Position numbers and translations under genes: made by a program. The notes below the pieces were generated by a model. The model had not been told where the DNA came from. It made no database searches and saw only the letters and a list, made by a program, of their open reading frames with translations. Source: an uncultured cyanobacterium (GTDB taxonomy: Bacteria; Cyanobacteriota; Cyanobacteriia; Leptolyngbyales; Leptolyngbyaceae). From it: DNA of 64,000 bases. The stretch is from the NCBI GenBank assembly GCA_963766075.1, contig CAVYAN010000063.1, forward strand, positions 1 through 64,000. Direction: 5' to 3'. Positions 51,087 to 60,132 of the stretch are shown piece after piece. The number at the start of each line of letters is the position of its first letter. The stretch's first letter is position 1.

Positions 51087-53627
51087 TCAGTACAGGCTTT
51101 CTACTCTGGCGTCTTCCATCGCTTCCATGTGGTCCACAAAGTCCTGGACATAGAGACGATATTCGCGTAGGGTTTCGTCTACCCAGGCGCGATCGCCGCT
51201 GTTGGCAAAGATATGCACCATGGGTTCCCCGGCATCGGGCAGAATCAGCACCCAACTGTCGTGGGCGGGATTAAAGATTTTCACCCCATCAATCAGCTCT
51301 AAGCGCTCAACGGGATGGGTTTCCACCAGTTGGCGCATCAGAGAACCCTTAGCCGTCCAGGGACAGCGAATGGTGGAAGACTTATGGTAAATGCGGGGAA
51401 TGTCAGAACGGATCTGGCCCAGCGATCGCTCCTGAATCGTCAGCATTTCAATCAGCTTGGCAATACAGAACATGGCATCAAAGCCGGGATGGAGTTGCGG
51501 AAAGATAAAACCCATGTCGCCGCTGCCACCTAGCACCGTATTGGGATTGCCCTGACAGGCTTCCATCAGTGCCGTGGGGTTCGACTTGGTGCGCATGACC
51601 TTGCCATCGTGGCGGCGGGCAATTTGCTCCACGGCACTCGAGGCATGGACCGGCACCACAATCGTGCCACGCGGGTGGTGGGTCAAGACCATATCCGCCA
51701 TCAGGGCCGTCAGCACTTCGCCACGAATCGGACTGCCCACATCATCAACCAGAATCATTTGTTCGCCATTGGCGGAAACTTGGACACCAAAGTTGGCTTT
51801 AAGGGCTTCCACCACATGCCCAAGCTGGTTGAGCAGCAGTTCGCGATCGTTGAGGGTGATGGTTTTTTGGCTGAGGCTCGCATTTAAAACGACGGCATCG
51901 CAGCCAAATTTGGCCAACAGCTGCGGCAAGACCGCCCCGGAAACAGCGTAGGCGTAGTCAATAATGATTTTGGAGCTGCTATTGCGAATGGCTTCCACAT
52001 TCAGGTGGCGCTCGAAACTGGTGCCGTAGATATCCAGGACTTGGTTAGCATAGGCAACGTTACCAATTTCGTTGATTTGGGCGCGGCGAAAGTCTTCTTT
52101 AAAGTAGGCTCCCTCAATCTTCTTTTCCTTGGATTTGGAAATGTTGATGCCTTTGTTATCAAAAAATTCGATCAAGATGTGGTCGGCACGCTCGGGGTGG
52201 ACCCGCACATGGATGCCCCCCGCCACGGACAGGGTGGGCACCAGGGTGCGGGCCACAGGGATGGCGGTGGCTTCCAGGTTTTGCACATTGATACCAACGG
52301 ACATCAGGCCCGCAATCAGCGATCGCGACACCATGCGGGAAATACTGCGCTGATCCCGCGATACGGTGACATTTCCCCCCGGCTTCAGCGTGGAGCCGTA
52401 GGCCGCCCCCAATTTCACGGCAAATTCCGGGGTAATGTCAATATTGGCCAATCCCGAAACGCCCCGCTGGCCGAACAGATTGCGCTGGGCCGCCTGTCCC
52501 CAAATCAGGTTGATGTTGAGGGTGGCTCCCGGTTCCACCTTTTTGCTGGGCCAGACCCGCACCCCTGGATTCACCTGCGCCTCTTCGCCGATCGCCGACA
52601 GCGGCCCAATGATCGCTCCCTCTAGCACATGGGCACGGCGATCGACGCGGGCACCCCGGGCAATCACACAGGCGCGCAGGTGCACCTCTTCGCCAATGAT
52701 CGCCCCATTCCAGATGATCGGGCGCTTGAGATCCGCATCGGGGCCAATCGAGACGTTATCGCCGATGATGGTCCCGGCATCAATGGTCACGCGGGGGGCA
52801 ATGCGGCAATTGCTGCCAATCAGTACCGGCGCTTCTAGGGTGACGGTGGGATCAATAAAGGTATTTTGGCCAACCCAAATTCCGGGCGATCGCTGATCAT
52901 AGGCAAATTCCAGATAAACCTTGCGCTGCAAACTGTCGTACTGGGCATCGCGATAGGCATCCAAATGGCCCACATCACACCAATAGCCTTCGGCTACGTA
53001 GCCGTACATCGGCTCCCCTTTATCCAACATCAGCGGAAACAGGTCCTTGGAAAAATCCGACTCCTCCTCAGCGGGTAAGTAATCCAACACCTCCGGCTCC
53101 AAAATATAGGTGCCCGTATTGACCGTGTCCGAAAACACCTCACTGGTAGACGGCTTTTCCAGAAAGCGATTAATGCGGCCATCCGAGTCGGTAATCACCA
53201 CGCCGAACTCGATCGGATTGGGCACGCGGGTGAGAATCAGGGTGGCTTTGGAGCGCCTTTGCCGATGAAATTGAATCGCCGCCGTTAGGTCAAAATCGGT
53301 AATGCTATCGCCGCTGACCACCAAAAACGTGCCATCGAGGAGTTCAGCAATGTTCTTGACACAGCCCGCCGTGCCAAGGGGCTGGTCTTCCTCCACGGCA
53401 TAGGTCATCTGCACGCCAAAGTCACTGCCGTCCTGGAAGTAGTCGCGCAGGGCGTCGGGCAGGTAGTGCAAGGTGGCGATAATTTCGGTAATGTGGTGGC
53501 GGCGCAGCAGATTAATAATGTGCTCGGCGATCGGGCGATTCAGGACGGGCACCATTGGCTTGGGCAGGTCGCAGGTGAGGGGGCGGAGGCGGGTGCCAGA
53601 GCCGCCTGCCATAAGTACAGCACGCAT
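51087..53627 (-). CDS. Mannose-1-phosphate guanylyltransferase / phosphomannomutase fusion
   Basis: MRAVLMAGGSGTRLRPLT, LPKPMVP, PLGTAG, hexapeptide repeats, PGM/PMM-like C-terminal half. Confidence 0.95.
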   Translation of the reverse strand: MRAVLMAGGSGTRLRPLTCDLPKPMVPVLNRPIAEHIINLLRRHHITEIIATLHYLPDALRDYFQDGSDFGVQMTYAVEEDQPLGTAGCVKNIAELLDGTFLVVSGDSITDFDLTAAIQFHRQRRSKATLILTRVPNPIEFGVVITDSDGRINRFLEKPSTSEVFSDTVNTGTYILEPEVLDYLPAEEESDFSKDLFPLMLDKGEPMYGYVAEGYWCDVGHLDAYRDAQYDSLQRKVYLEFAYDQRSPGIWVGQNTFIDPTVTLEAPVLIGSNCRIAPRVTIDAGTIIGDNVSIGPDADLKRPIIWNGAIIGEEVHLRACVIARGARVDRRAHVLEGAIIGPLSAIGEEAQVNPGVRVWPSKKVEPGATLNINLIWGQAAQRNLFGQRGVSGLANIDITPEFAVKLGAAYGSTLKPGGNVTVSRDQRSISRMVSRSLIAGLMSVGINVQNLEATAIPVARTLVPTLSVAGGIHVRVHPERADHILIEFFDNKGINISKSKEKKIEGAYFKEDFRRAQINEIGNVAYANQVLDIYGTSFERHLNVEAIRNSSSKIIIDYAYAVSGAVLPQLLAKFGCDAVVLNASLSQKTITLNDRELLLNQLGHVVEALKANFGVQVSANGEQMILVDDVGSPIRGEVLTALMADMVLTHHPRGTIVVPVHASSAVEQIARRHDGKVMRTKSNPTALMEACQGNPNTVLGGSGDMGFIFPQLHPGFDAMFCIAKLIEMLTIQERSLGQIRSDIPRIYHKSSTIRCPWTAKGSLMRQLVETHPVERLELIDGVKIFNPAHDSWVLILPDAGEPMVHIFANSGDRAWVDETLREYRLYVQDFVDHMEAMEDARVESLY

Positions 53628-53957
53628 AGGGAATGTCCTGTGGGCAGTGGGTTGAAGCGGTGGGGGATGAAATGGAAGCGACTCCTCTTCTAGTTTCCTA
53701 TGGGGTTGGATTTTTCGGGGATGAATCTCAGGATTCAGCGAAGAATTCATCCTTCCGGCAAAAACCCTGGAAATCGCTCCAAATGCCTTTCTAGAATCCG
53801 CGCCCTGGGTAGACCATCTGCTCCGCTAATATGACCGTTCACATAACCGTTCACATCAATGTCCCATGCCGAGCGGGTTAGGATAGAACTGTAATTAAGC
53901 TACTCTGCCTTGTATCTAGAGTTAGTTTCCTACCTTACATCTGAAGGAATTTTCACA

Positions 53958-54137
53958 ATGGGCGGTCTAATTACTCTCGTGCTGGTCATCGTTTATGGAG
54001 CGGGTGCATGGAAGTTCTGGGGCGGCTTTCGCCGAACTAATTTTAGCCAGGGCAAAGTGGTTCTGGGCTTGGCGTGGCCGATTCTCGTGTTTAACAAATC
54101 CTATCGCCAGAACTTTCAGAAAGCCCTGAAAGGGTAA
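53958..54137 (+). CDS. Small membrane protein
   Basis: MGGLITLVLVIVYGAGAWKFWGGFRRTNF...SYRQNFQKALKG. Confidence 0.75.
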   Translation: MGGLITLVLVIVYGAGAWKFWGGFRRTNFSQGKVVLGLAWPILVFNKSYRQNFQKALKG

Positions 54138-54288
54138 CGTTTTGTATTAATTTGCGCAGAATCGCGGGATATAGCGGATGGCGATCGCATGATGTAGAAA
54201 CCCAGGAACGCTGGGAATCAGCATCCTGGGTTCAACAGATCCGCCTGCTAAAGGCCATCCGCTATTCTTTGCCCATTATTTCCCAGAA

Positions 54289-55041
54289 ATGGCTAAATCC
54301 CAACCGAAATCCCCCAAGCCCGATTCAGCGTTTGCCACCGACAGTTTTTTTGGCTCCCTAGCCCAGCCCCAGGATTGGCAAACGGATATTGCAGCGGTGG
54401 CGGTCCGTTTTAACCGCGACTATCGGGGCGAAAAACCCGATGTGCCCAACGAAGTCAAGGCCATGCCCATCTACCAGGAATATGCCGCTGGCCTCCTGCA
54501 ATCCAAGCTGGTGTCGAACTTTTGGGACGTGGCCCAGCCCCAAAAAAATCAGCGCTGCCTGGATCTGGGTTGCGGAGTCAGTTTTCTGATTTACCCATGG
54601 CGGGAATGGGAAGCGTACTTTTATGGGCAGGACATTAGTGCAGTGGCCCGAGATATTTTGGTGGCGCGCGGCCCCCAACTGAACTCGAAATTGTTTAAGG
54701 GCGTTGTCCTGGGGGCCGCCCACGAGCTGGAGTATGGGGCAGGACAGTTTGACTTGGCGATCGCCACAGGGGTGAGTTGCTACTATCCGCTGGCCTACTG
54801 GGGCGAAGTGCTAGCCGCCGTCAAAAAGGTGCTGAAACCCGAGGGCTATTTCGTATTTGATGTCCTAGACGAGACAAATCCCATTGCCGAAAATTGGGCT
54901 ATTTTAGAAACCTATTTGGGCACCGAGGTGTTTCTAGACTCTGCCGAAAGCTGGAAAAAAGCCATTCAAGCCTCGGGCGGCAAAATTGTCAAAATGCTTC
55001 CTGGAGAGCTATTTACCTTATACAAGGTCAAGTTCGACTAA
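54289..55041 (+). CDS. Class I SAM-dependent methyltransferase
   Basis: CLDLGCG, FDLAIATG, VLKPEGYFVFD. Confidence 0.92.
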   Translation: MAKSQPKSPKPDSAFATDSFFGSLAQPQDWQTDIAAVAVRFNRDYRGEKPDVPNEVKAMPIYQEYAAGLLQSKLVSNFWDVAQPQKNQRCLDLGCGVSFLIYPWREWEAYFYGQDISAVARDILVARGPQLNSKLFKGVVLGAAHELEYGAGQFDLAIATGVSCYYPLAYWGEVLAAVKKVLKPEGYFVFDVLDETNPIAENWAILETYLGTEVFLDSAESWKKAIQASGGKIVKMLPGELFTLYKVKFD

Positions 55042-55099
55042 TACGATGTTTTGAAAGTCCTACGCGCATGCGGCCCTAACGCCGTGATCAGCCTTCCAT

Positions 55100-55645
55100 T
55101 TACTCTTTTTTACGATCGCTTTCCGGCACGCTAATGCTGGGTCTAGGGATCAGATTTGCCATCATGGCTTCGCCAATCTGGGACATTTCCTGATCTTTTT
55201 TCTTTAAAAGTTCGTATAGGAGTGCCCCTTTTCGGGGTTCATCCGACTCCGCCTGAATTTTGCCCAAATCAATCATCAAATCTGTCTTCCAGTTGCAGAG
55301 AATGATCAGAATTTCTCCTGCCGAGACACAGCGCTCGTAGGGCTTCAAAATCGCAATCACAATCGTCAGAATTGTTAGAAACAGCCCGAGGGCTCCCAAA
55401 ATACTCCGGGATGGCACGAGATCATTACTGACCACATAGGTGTAGAACGCCGAATAAATCGGAATCAAAAAGGAAAGGGTGTAATGGGAATTCCTAAAAA
55501 AGACGTGGTTCTTGCGCGCAATGGAAACATGGTAGTCATACCGACCATAGGTATCAATGAGGAGTTGACTTAAATATTGATCAGGAATTGTCGTTACGGT
55601 TTCCAGGATTAATTCTCTTAAGCTTTTTTCATGAATTTTAGGCAT
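55100..55645 (-). CDS. Two-TM protein, SLATT/DUF4231-like
   Basis: Amphipathic helix, TM hairpin, then KPYER and a helical tail; lower GC than neighbours. Confidence 0.55.
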   Translation of the reverse strand: MPKIHEKSLRELILETVTTIPDQYLSQLLIDTYGRYDYHVSIARKNHVFFRNSHYTLSFLIPIYSAFYTYVVSNDLVPSRSILGALGLFLTILTIVIAILKPYERCVSAGEILIILCNWKTDLMIDLGKIQAESDEPRKGALLYELLKKKDQEMSQIGEAMMANLIPRPSISVPESDRKKE

Positions 55646-55967
55646 GGGCTCTCCGGGCAGTGAGTTGGTGCGTACCAAATATGAAATATTACAATGACCA
55701 CCTAAATTACGGTTCATTGTCGATCCGCTGTGATCGTGGACATAACAAATCCCTCCGCGCTTGAGGGCAACGAGAGGGATTAATAAACTATTCACATATT
55801 CGGAACAAAATAATCAATCTATGGGATTATTGATTGTCCGCACAAAATTATCCGGACTGGGAAAACCTGCGGCATGCCAAGGGGTAATGCCGTTTCGGGC
55901 GATCGCCCCAGGCAAAACAGCCAGTCCCCCACCGGATTGCCCCCTACAGACAACTTCAGCACACGGG

Positions 55968-56201
55968 TTAGCGAGGAATTAACCGGGTCCGCTGCCCCAC
56001 ACCGGGGTTTACCATGGCCGCCACTTCATGATCAGACAAGTGGGTCAGGGATTCTGCTAAATTTTCTGTAGTAAAGCGGTAGCCGTGCCGTGCCGCAATA
56101 TTCACAAAAGCTTCCGCATTTTGGATCGCCACTTTTTTGAATTTGCCCGCCTGGGATTGACATACTGCCTTAAATAGTTCCGCTGCATGACGCTCTTGCA
56201 T
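55968..56201 (-). CDS. Nif11-like leader peptide family protein
   Basis: AEAFVNIAARHGYRFTTENL...LSDHEVAAM pattern; GGAGG SD. Confidence 0.8.
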   Translation of the reverse strand: MQERHAAELFKAVCQSQAGKFKKVAIQNAEAFVNIAARHGYRFTTENLAESLTHLSDHEVAAMVNPGVGQRTRLIPR

Positions 56202-56314
56202 AACCGATCCTCCAGAGAACTTGCTTACCTACCAGCTTAGAAACACTCCAGAAAATGTAATCTAAATAACAGTAAAGTTTACGAGCCTGTGTATAAAGAT
56301 TAATCAAACACCCT

Positions 56315-56917
56315 ATGCCCCCTGAAGACGCCTCGAAACCTGCCTCGCCTCTTTTATCTCCCGTAACACCCACTCCTACGCCTCCGGCGCGCTGGCGGGC
56401 GTGGTGGGACAATATCCAGCTTTTGGTCGTCGCCTTGATTCTGGCGCTGTTGATTCGCACCTTTGTGGCGGAACCTCGCTTTATTCCCTCAGACTCGATG
56501 GTGCCGACCCTGCAAGTGGGCGATCGCCTCGTGATCGAAAAACTGTCCTACCACTTCCACCCGCCGCAGACTGGCGATATTGTCGTGTTTGATCCGCCGC
56601 CCCAGTTGCAACTCCTGGGTTACGCCAAGGATCAAGCCTTTATCAAGCGGGTGATCGGTACGCCAGGGCAAATGGTTCAAATCGCCAACGGTACAGTCTA
56701 CGTGAACCAACAGCCCCTACGAGAGCCCTATATTGCCGAGCCACCGGAGTACAACTGGGGACCCCAATCGGTGCCGGAGGGCGCTGTTTTTGTCATGGGC
56801 GATAACCGCAACAACAGCAACGATTCCCACGTCTGGGGATTTTTGCCCCAAACCAACATCATCGGGCGCGCCTGGATCCGCTTCTGGACGCCAGAACGGA
56901 TTGGTATTTTGTCCTAG
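56315..56917 (+). CDS. lepB: Signal peptidase I
   Basis: IPSDSMVPTL, FIKRVIG, GDNRNNSNDS. Confidence 0.96.
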   Translation: MPPEDASKPASPLLSPVTPTPTPPARWRAWWDNIQLLVVALILALLIRTFVAEPRFIPSDSMVPTLQVGDRLVIEKLSYHFHPPQTGDIVVFDPPPQLQLLGYAKDQAFIKRVIGTPGQMVQIANGTVYVNQQPLREPYIAEPPEYNWGPQSVPEGAVFVMGDNRNNSNDSHVWGFLPQTNIIGRAWIRFWTPERIGILS

Positions 56918-56925
56918 GGAAAGAA

Positions 56926-56992
56926 CGCAGGGGCCAGAGGCAGGAGACAGAAAGCAGGAGGCAGTAAGCAGGAGACAGAGGGCAGGAGGTAG
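56926..56992. repeat. Short tandemly repeated (STRR-like) purine-rich tract
   Basis: gcaggag-acagaaa-gcaggag-gcagtaa-gcaggag-acagagg. Confidence 0.7.
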
Positions 56993-57009
56993 CGGAAATT
57001 TTCCAAAAG

Positions 57010-57032
57010 AAAGGGGGCGACGCGCCCCCTTT
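57010..57032. terminator. Bidirectional terminator between lepB and DUF1517 gene
   Basis: aaagggggcg-acg-cgcccccttt. Confidence 0.8.
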
Positions 57033-57093
57033 GATCATTTCAGCCTCATTTCTTTAGTCTAGAGTTGATGCACAAGCGGCTCGGTATCGGCCA

Positions 57094-58062
57094 CTAGATC
57101 AAGCGCAGGTTCGCGTATTCCACGAGCAGGTCTTCGCTAGTTAGGACATCGCCGGTGGCTTGAGGTGTCCAGAGAACTTCGAGGGCCAGTAGGCGATCGC
57201 CCGCAACACCACCCAACCGCTGCAACGCCGCTTTCAAATCACTAGAGGTCTTCACCTCCGGCAGATCGAGTGACCCACTGGTCCCCACCAGCAACGTGAC
57301 CACAATGTACTCTCCCGGCTCGGCAACTAGCGCGCCCCCCGTCGCCACAGTCAAGGCATCACTGGACGCCTGCTTAATCTGACTACCCACATTGGAGAGG
57401 GTTTCCCGACTAAATTTGCTGCGCTCGGTCAAGACCAGTCGGTTGAATTCCGTTTCCGCTGAGGCCAAGCCGGTTTTCTTCAGGCTAGAACCCGCGTAGG
57501 CCCAGTATTCCGGATGGCGCAGCAGCGCCAAAGTAGTTTCTTGGAGCACATTTGCCAATCCAGCGGTGGAACTGGTGTCGGCCTTCAGCGCCAACGTGTT
57601 TAAATCAGCTTGAAGTTCACGCGCATTGGCCAGCAACCCAACCTGGACCCGTGCCACAGAAATCGTGGAATTGTCCACTGGGCTTAGGCCATCCTCGCCT
57701 CGAGCATTGCGGAAGCTTTGCACCAGGAAGTTCGCCACGGCGATAAAAATCAGGATGGTAAATAGGCCGCCAAATCCGCCCCCAATTCCCAAGAAGGGAA
57801 AGATAAACGGAAAGCCAATACCACCGCCGTAGCCATAGCCACCGCCATAGCCACCCGGCGCATAGGTACGCGGAGCGCTGTAGGAACGGGGAGCACTATA
57901 GCTACGGGCGGGAGCCCGAAAGGAACCGCCGCCCATGCGACCGCCACCTGCACTTGCGGCCAGGGCATCCCCACCCTGACTCAAGGTAATGCCGAGAACA
58001 AGGGCGATCGCCACCAGCGCTTTCAGCCAGGGTTTAATAAATGAAGTGATTTTTTGACGCAT
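57094..58062 (-). CDS. DUF1517 (FLAP1-like) protein
   Basis: Signal peptide, GGRMGGGSF Gly-rich tract, TM, LALLRHPEYW, LEVLWTPQ. Confidence 0.92.
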   Translation of the reverse strand: MRQKITSFIKPWLKALVAIALVLGITLSQGGDALAASAGGGRMGGGSFRAPARSYSAPRSYSAPRTYAPGGYGGGYGYGGGIGFPFIFPFLGIGGGFGGLFTILIFIAVANFLVQSFRNARGEDGLSPVDNSTISVARVQVGLLANARELQADLNTLALKADTSSTAGLANVLQETTLALLRHPEYWAYAGSSLKKTGLASAETEFNRLVLTERSKFSRETLSNVGSQIKQASSDALTVATGGALVAEPGEYIVVTLLVGTSGSLDLPEVKTSSDLKAALQRLGGVAGDRLLALEVLWTPQATGDVLTSEDLLVEYANLRLI

Positions 58063-58409
58063 CTGTTATGCCTACCGGAACATTTCAAAATGACAGGTAA
58101 CCTGTCAGTTATCGTTTTTAACGCTGATCTTTAACGTTGATCGCTGCGCACATTCTGCGACCACTCCAGAATGCTAGATTCCCCGAGGCGATCGCCCCAG
58201 CACCGCAACCCCAAACCCAGTCTATAAACAATTTGGGTCACTCTACAATTTATAAGAAATCGCTAGGGTCACCTGGAACTGGAGCAATTTTATTAAGAGT
58301 TGTAACTGAATCTTCTAATACTGTATCGCGTCTTCCCAGTCCTGAAAATCTCGTCGGAGGCCATTCTCAGGACGGATCACCGTACAGGCCGACAGGAGAG
58401 CCACACCCA

Positions 58410-59225
58410 TTAGTCTTGCAGGTGCGAGAACTGGTAAGCCCCGATCGCCGCCAACACTCCAGCGACGGCCATCAGAATGGGAATCGAATACCAGGGGAAT
58501 TGAGCCAGGGGCAAATAGGCTGCGGACCGCAGGGCGATCGTGGTGTAGGTGAGCGGAATTAAGTACACCAGCACCTTGAGCGCAGCGGGCAGCGTGGCCG
58601 GATCAAAAAAGGTCGCGCCGAGGAACGACATCGGCACAATCAGAAAGTTGTTATAAATGCCAACGCCTTCTAGCGACTTGACATTCAAGCCCACAATCAC
58701 GCCTAGGCCAGCAAAGACGGCGCAGTTCAGCACCAAGACCAGCAAAAAGAGCGGGTGCAAAAAGCTCCAAACTTTCCCCGTGCAGAGAATCGCAACCCCA
58801 ATCACCGAACCAGCGGTCAACAGGCCCCGCACCACCCCCGCCATCATTTTGCCCAGATGCATGGCCAAGGGATGGACTGGCATCAGCAGCATTTCTTCAA
58901 AGGTTTTAGAAAAGAGGCGATCGCCACAAATGGAAAACGTGGTCCCACCAAAGCTAATCACCATGGAAGACAGGGCCACCATTCCCGGCAAAATAAACTC
59001 TAAATAGCTATCGCCCACAGCGGGCTTGGGCAACGAACTGCCCAGGCCCAAACCAAACGCCACAATATAGATTAGCGGTGAGATTAACCCAGACGCAGCC
59101 ACCTGGACTACCCGTACCCGCAGCTCCAACCAATCCCCCCACAGCACCGTCACACTATCCTGCCACAGCGTCGAGAGGCCAGATTCATTACGGAGGGACC
59201 GGGGCGCGGCAGGGGCATGATTCAC
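58410..59225 (-). CDS. ABC-2 type transporter permease
   Basis: YLEFILPGMVAL, TFEEMLLMPV, PMSFLGATFF; GTG start inferred to avoid overlap with the next gene. Confidence 0.9.
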   Translation of the reverse strand: MNHAPAAPRSLRNESGLSTLWQDSVTVLWGDWLELRVRVVQVAASGLISPLIYIVAFGLGLGSSLPKPAVGDSYLEFILPGMVALSSMVISFGGTTFSICGDRLFSKTFEEMLLMPVHPLAMHLGKMMAGVVRGLLTAGSVIGVAILCTGKVWSFLHPLFLLVLVLNCAVFAGLGVIVGLNVKSLEGVGIYNNFLIVPMSFLGATFFDPATLPAALKVLVYLIPLTYTTIALRSAAYLPLAQFPWYSIPILMAVAGVLAAIGAYQFSHLQD

Positions 59226-59388
59226 GGTTTTACAGGGATAACGTTGCTTGGATATTGTACCGGGTGGTGGGTGGCGGGCGACGTGAATGGCCTGTGGAGT
59301 GGCATCTAAGCCCACTCTCCCCTCAGCCCTTCGTCTCCCATCCGGGCAATCATGCGGCATACTGGGACAGAGAATGTAGCGCACCACC

Positions 59389-60009
59389 ATGAAACGTAAA
59401 CCCAAGTACGGCTCCCGCAAAGATTTCGATCGCAATGATCGCGACTTTAATCCCGAATTTGACCGGGGTTATGACGACATGCCGCCAACGGAGCCGTCGC
59501 CCCAGCGGGGCAAATCAAAAGCCGCTTCGGCGTTTAACACGACATCGCTGTTTATTTTGGCGGGGGTCTTCATTTTGGGCATTGGCATTGGCCTGGGGCT
59601 GAGTTCCGTCAGCAATTCTGGCGATCCGGGCAAAATTGTTAGCGTCAGCGAGTTGGATAGCAAAGTGCCCAATGCGGAAGTCTGTGTGGCCTACGGATCG
59701 AGTGCGATCGTGATGGATACGCGGGTGTTTGTCACTTTGAGTCCGATCAACGTATTTGTCTCCCAGCCCACAACCCGACCGGGCTGTGTCCTTCGTACCA
59801 ATAACTGGTCCGTTTTGGAACAGCGGGGCCTACTCAAGGGCGAGCAAGTGCGGGAATGCAAAAATCGGATGAACACCTTTGGCTTCACCGGGCAGTTGGA
59901 AAGTAGCCCCGAAATTGATTGCGTCTACCAAAACGACGCCGCCAAAAACCTCTTCCTGAATCAACCGGGCACCGTGGGCGCACCGCCACCGGAAAACCAA
60001 AAGTTTTAA
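59389..60009 (+). CDS. DUF3172 family protein
   Basis: TM followed by CVAYGSSAIVMDTRVFVTL, PGCVLRTNNW. Confidence 0.85.
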   Translation: MKRKPKYGSRKDFDRNDRDFNPEFDRGYDDMPPTEPSPQRGKSKAASAFNTTSLFILAGVFILGIGIGLGLSSVSNSGDPGKIVSVSELDSKVPNAEVCVAYGSSAIVMDTRVFVTLSPINVFVSQPTTRPGCVLRTNNWSVLEQRGLLKGEQVRECKNRMNTFGFTGQLESSPEIDCVYQNDAAKNLFLNQPGTVGAPPPENQKF

Positions 60010-60132
60010 GGCAAACCAAGCGTTCACCTTCCGGCATGAGCGGCATTTCCTGCCGAAACAGACGCACGGCGGGCCATGGCTTGCAGGGTAGAACTGTCCA
60101 GGAGGCCGGATGTCAGTCCCGATGCTATTCCT

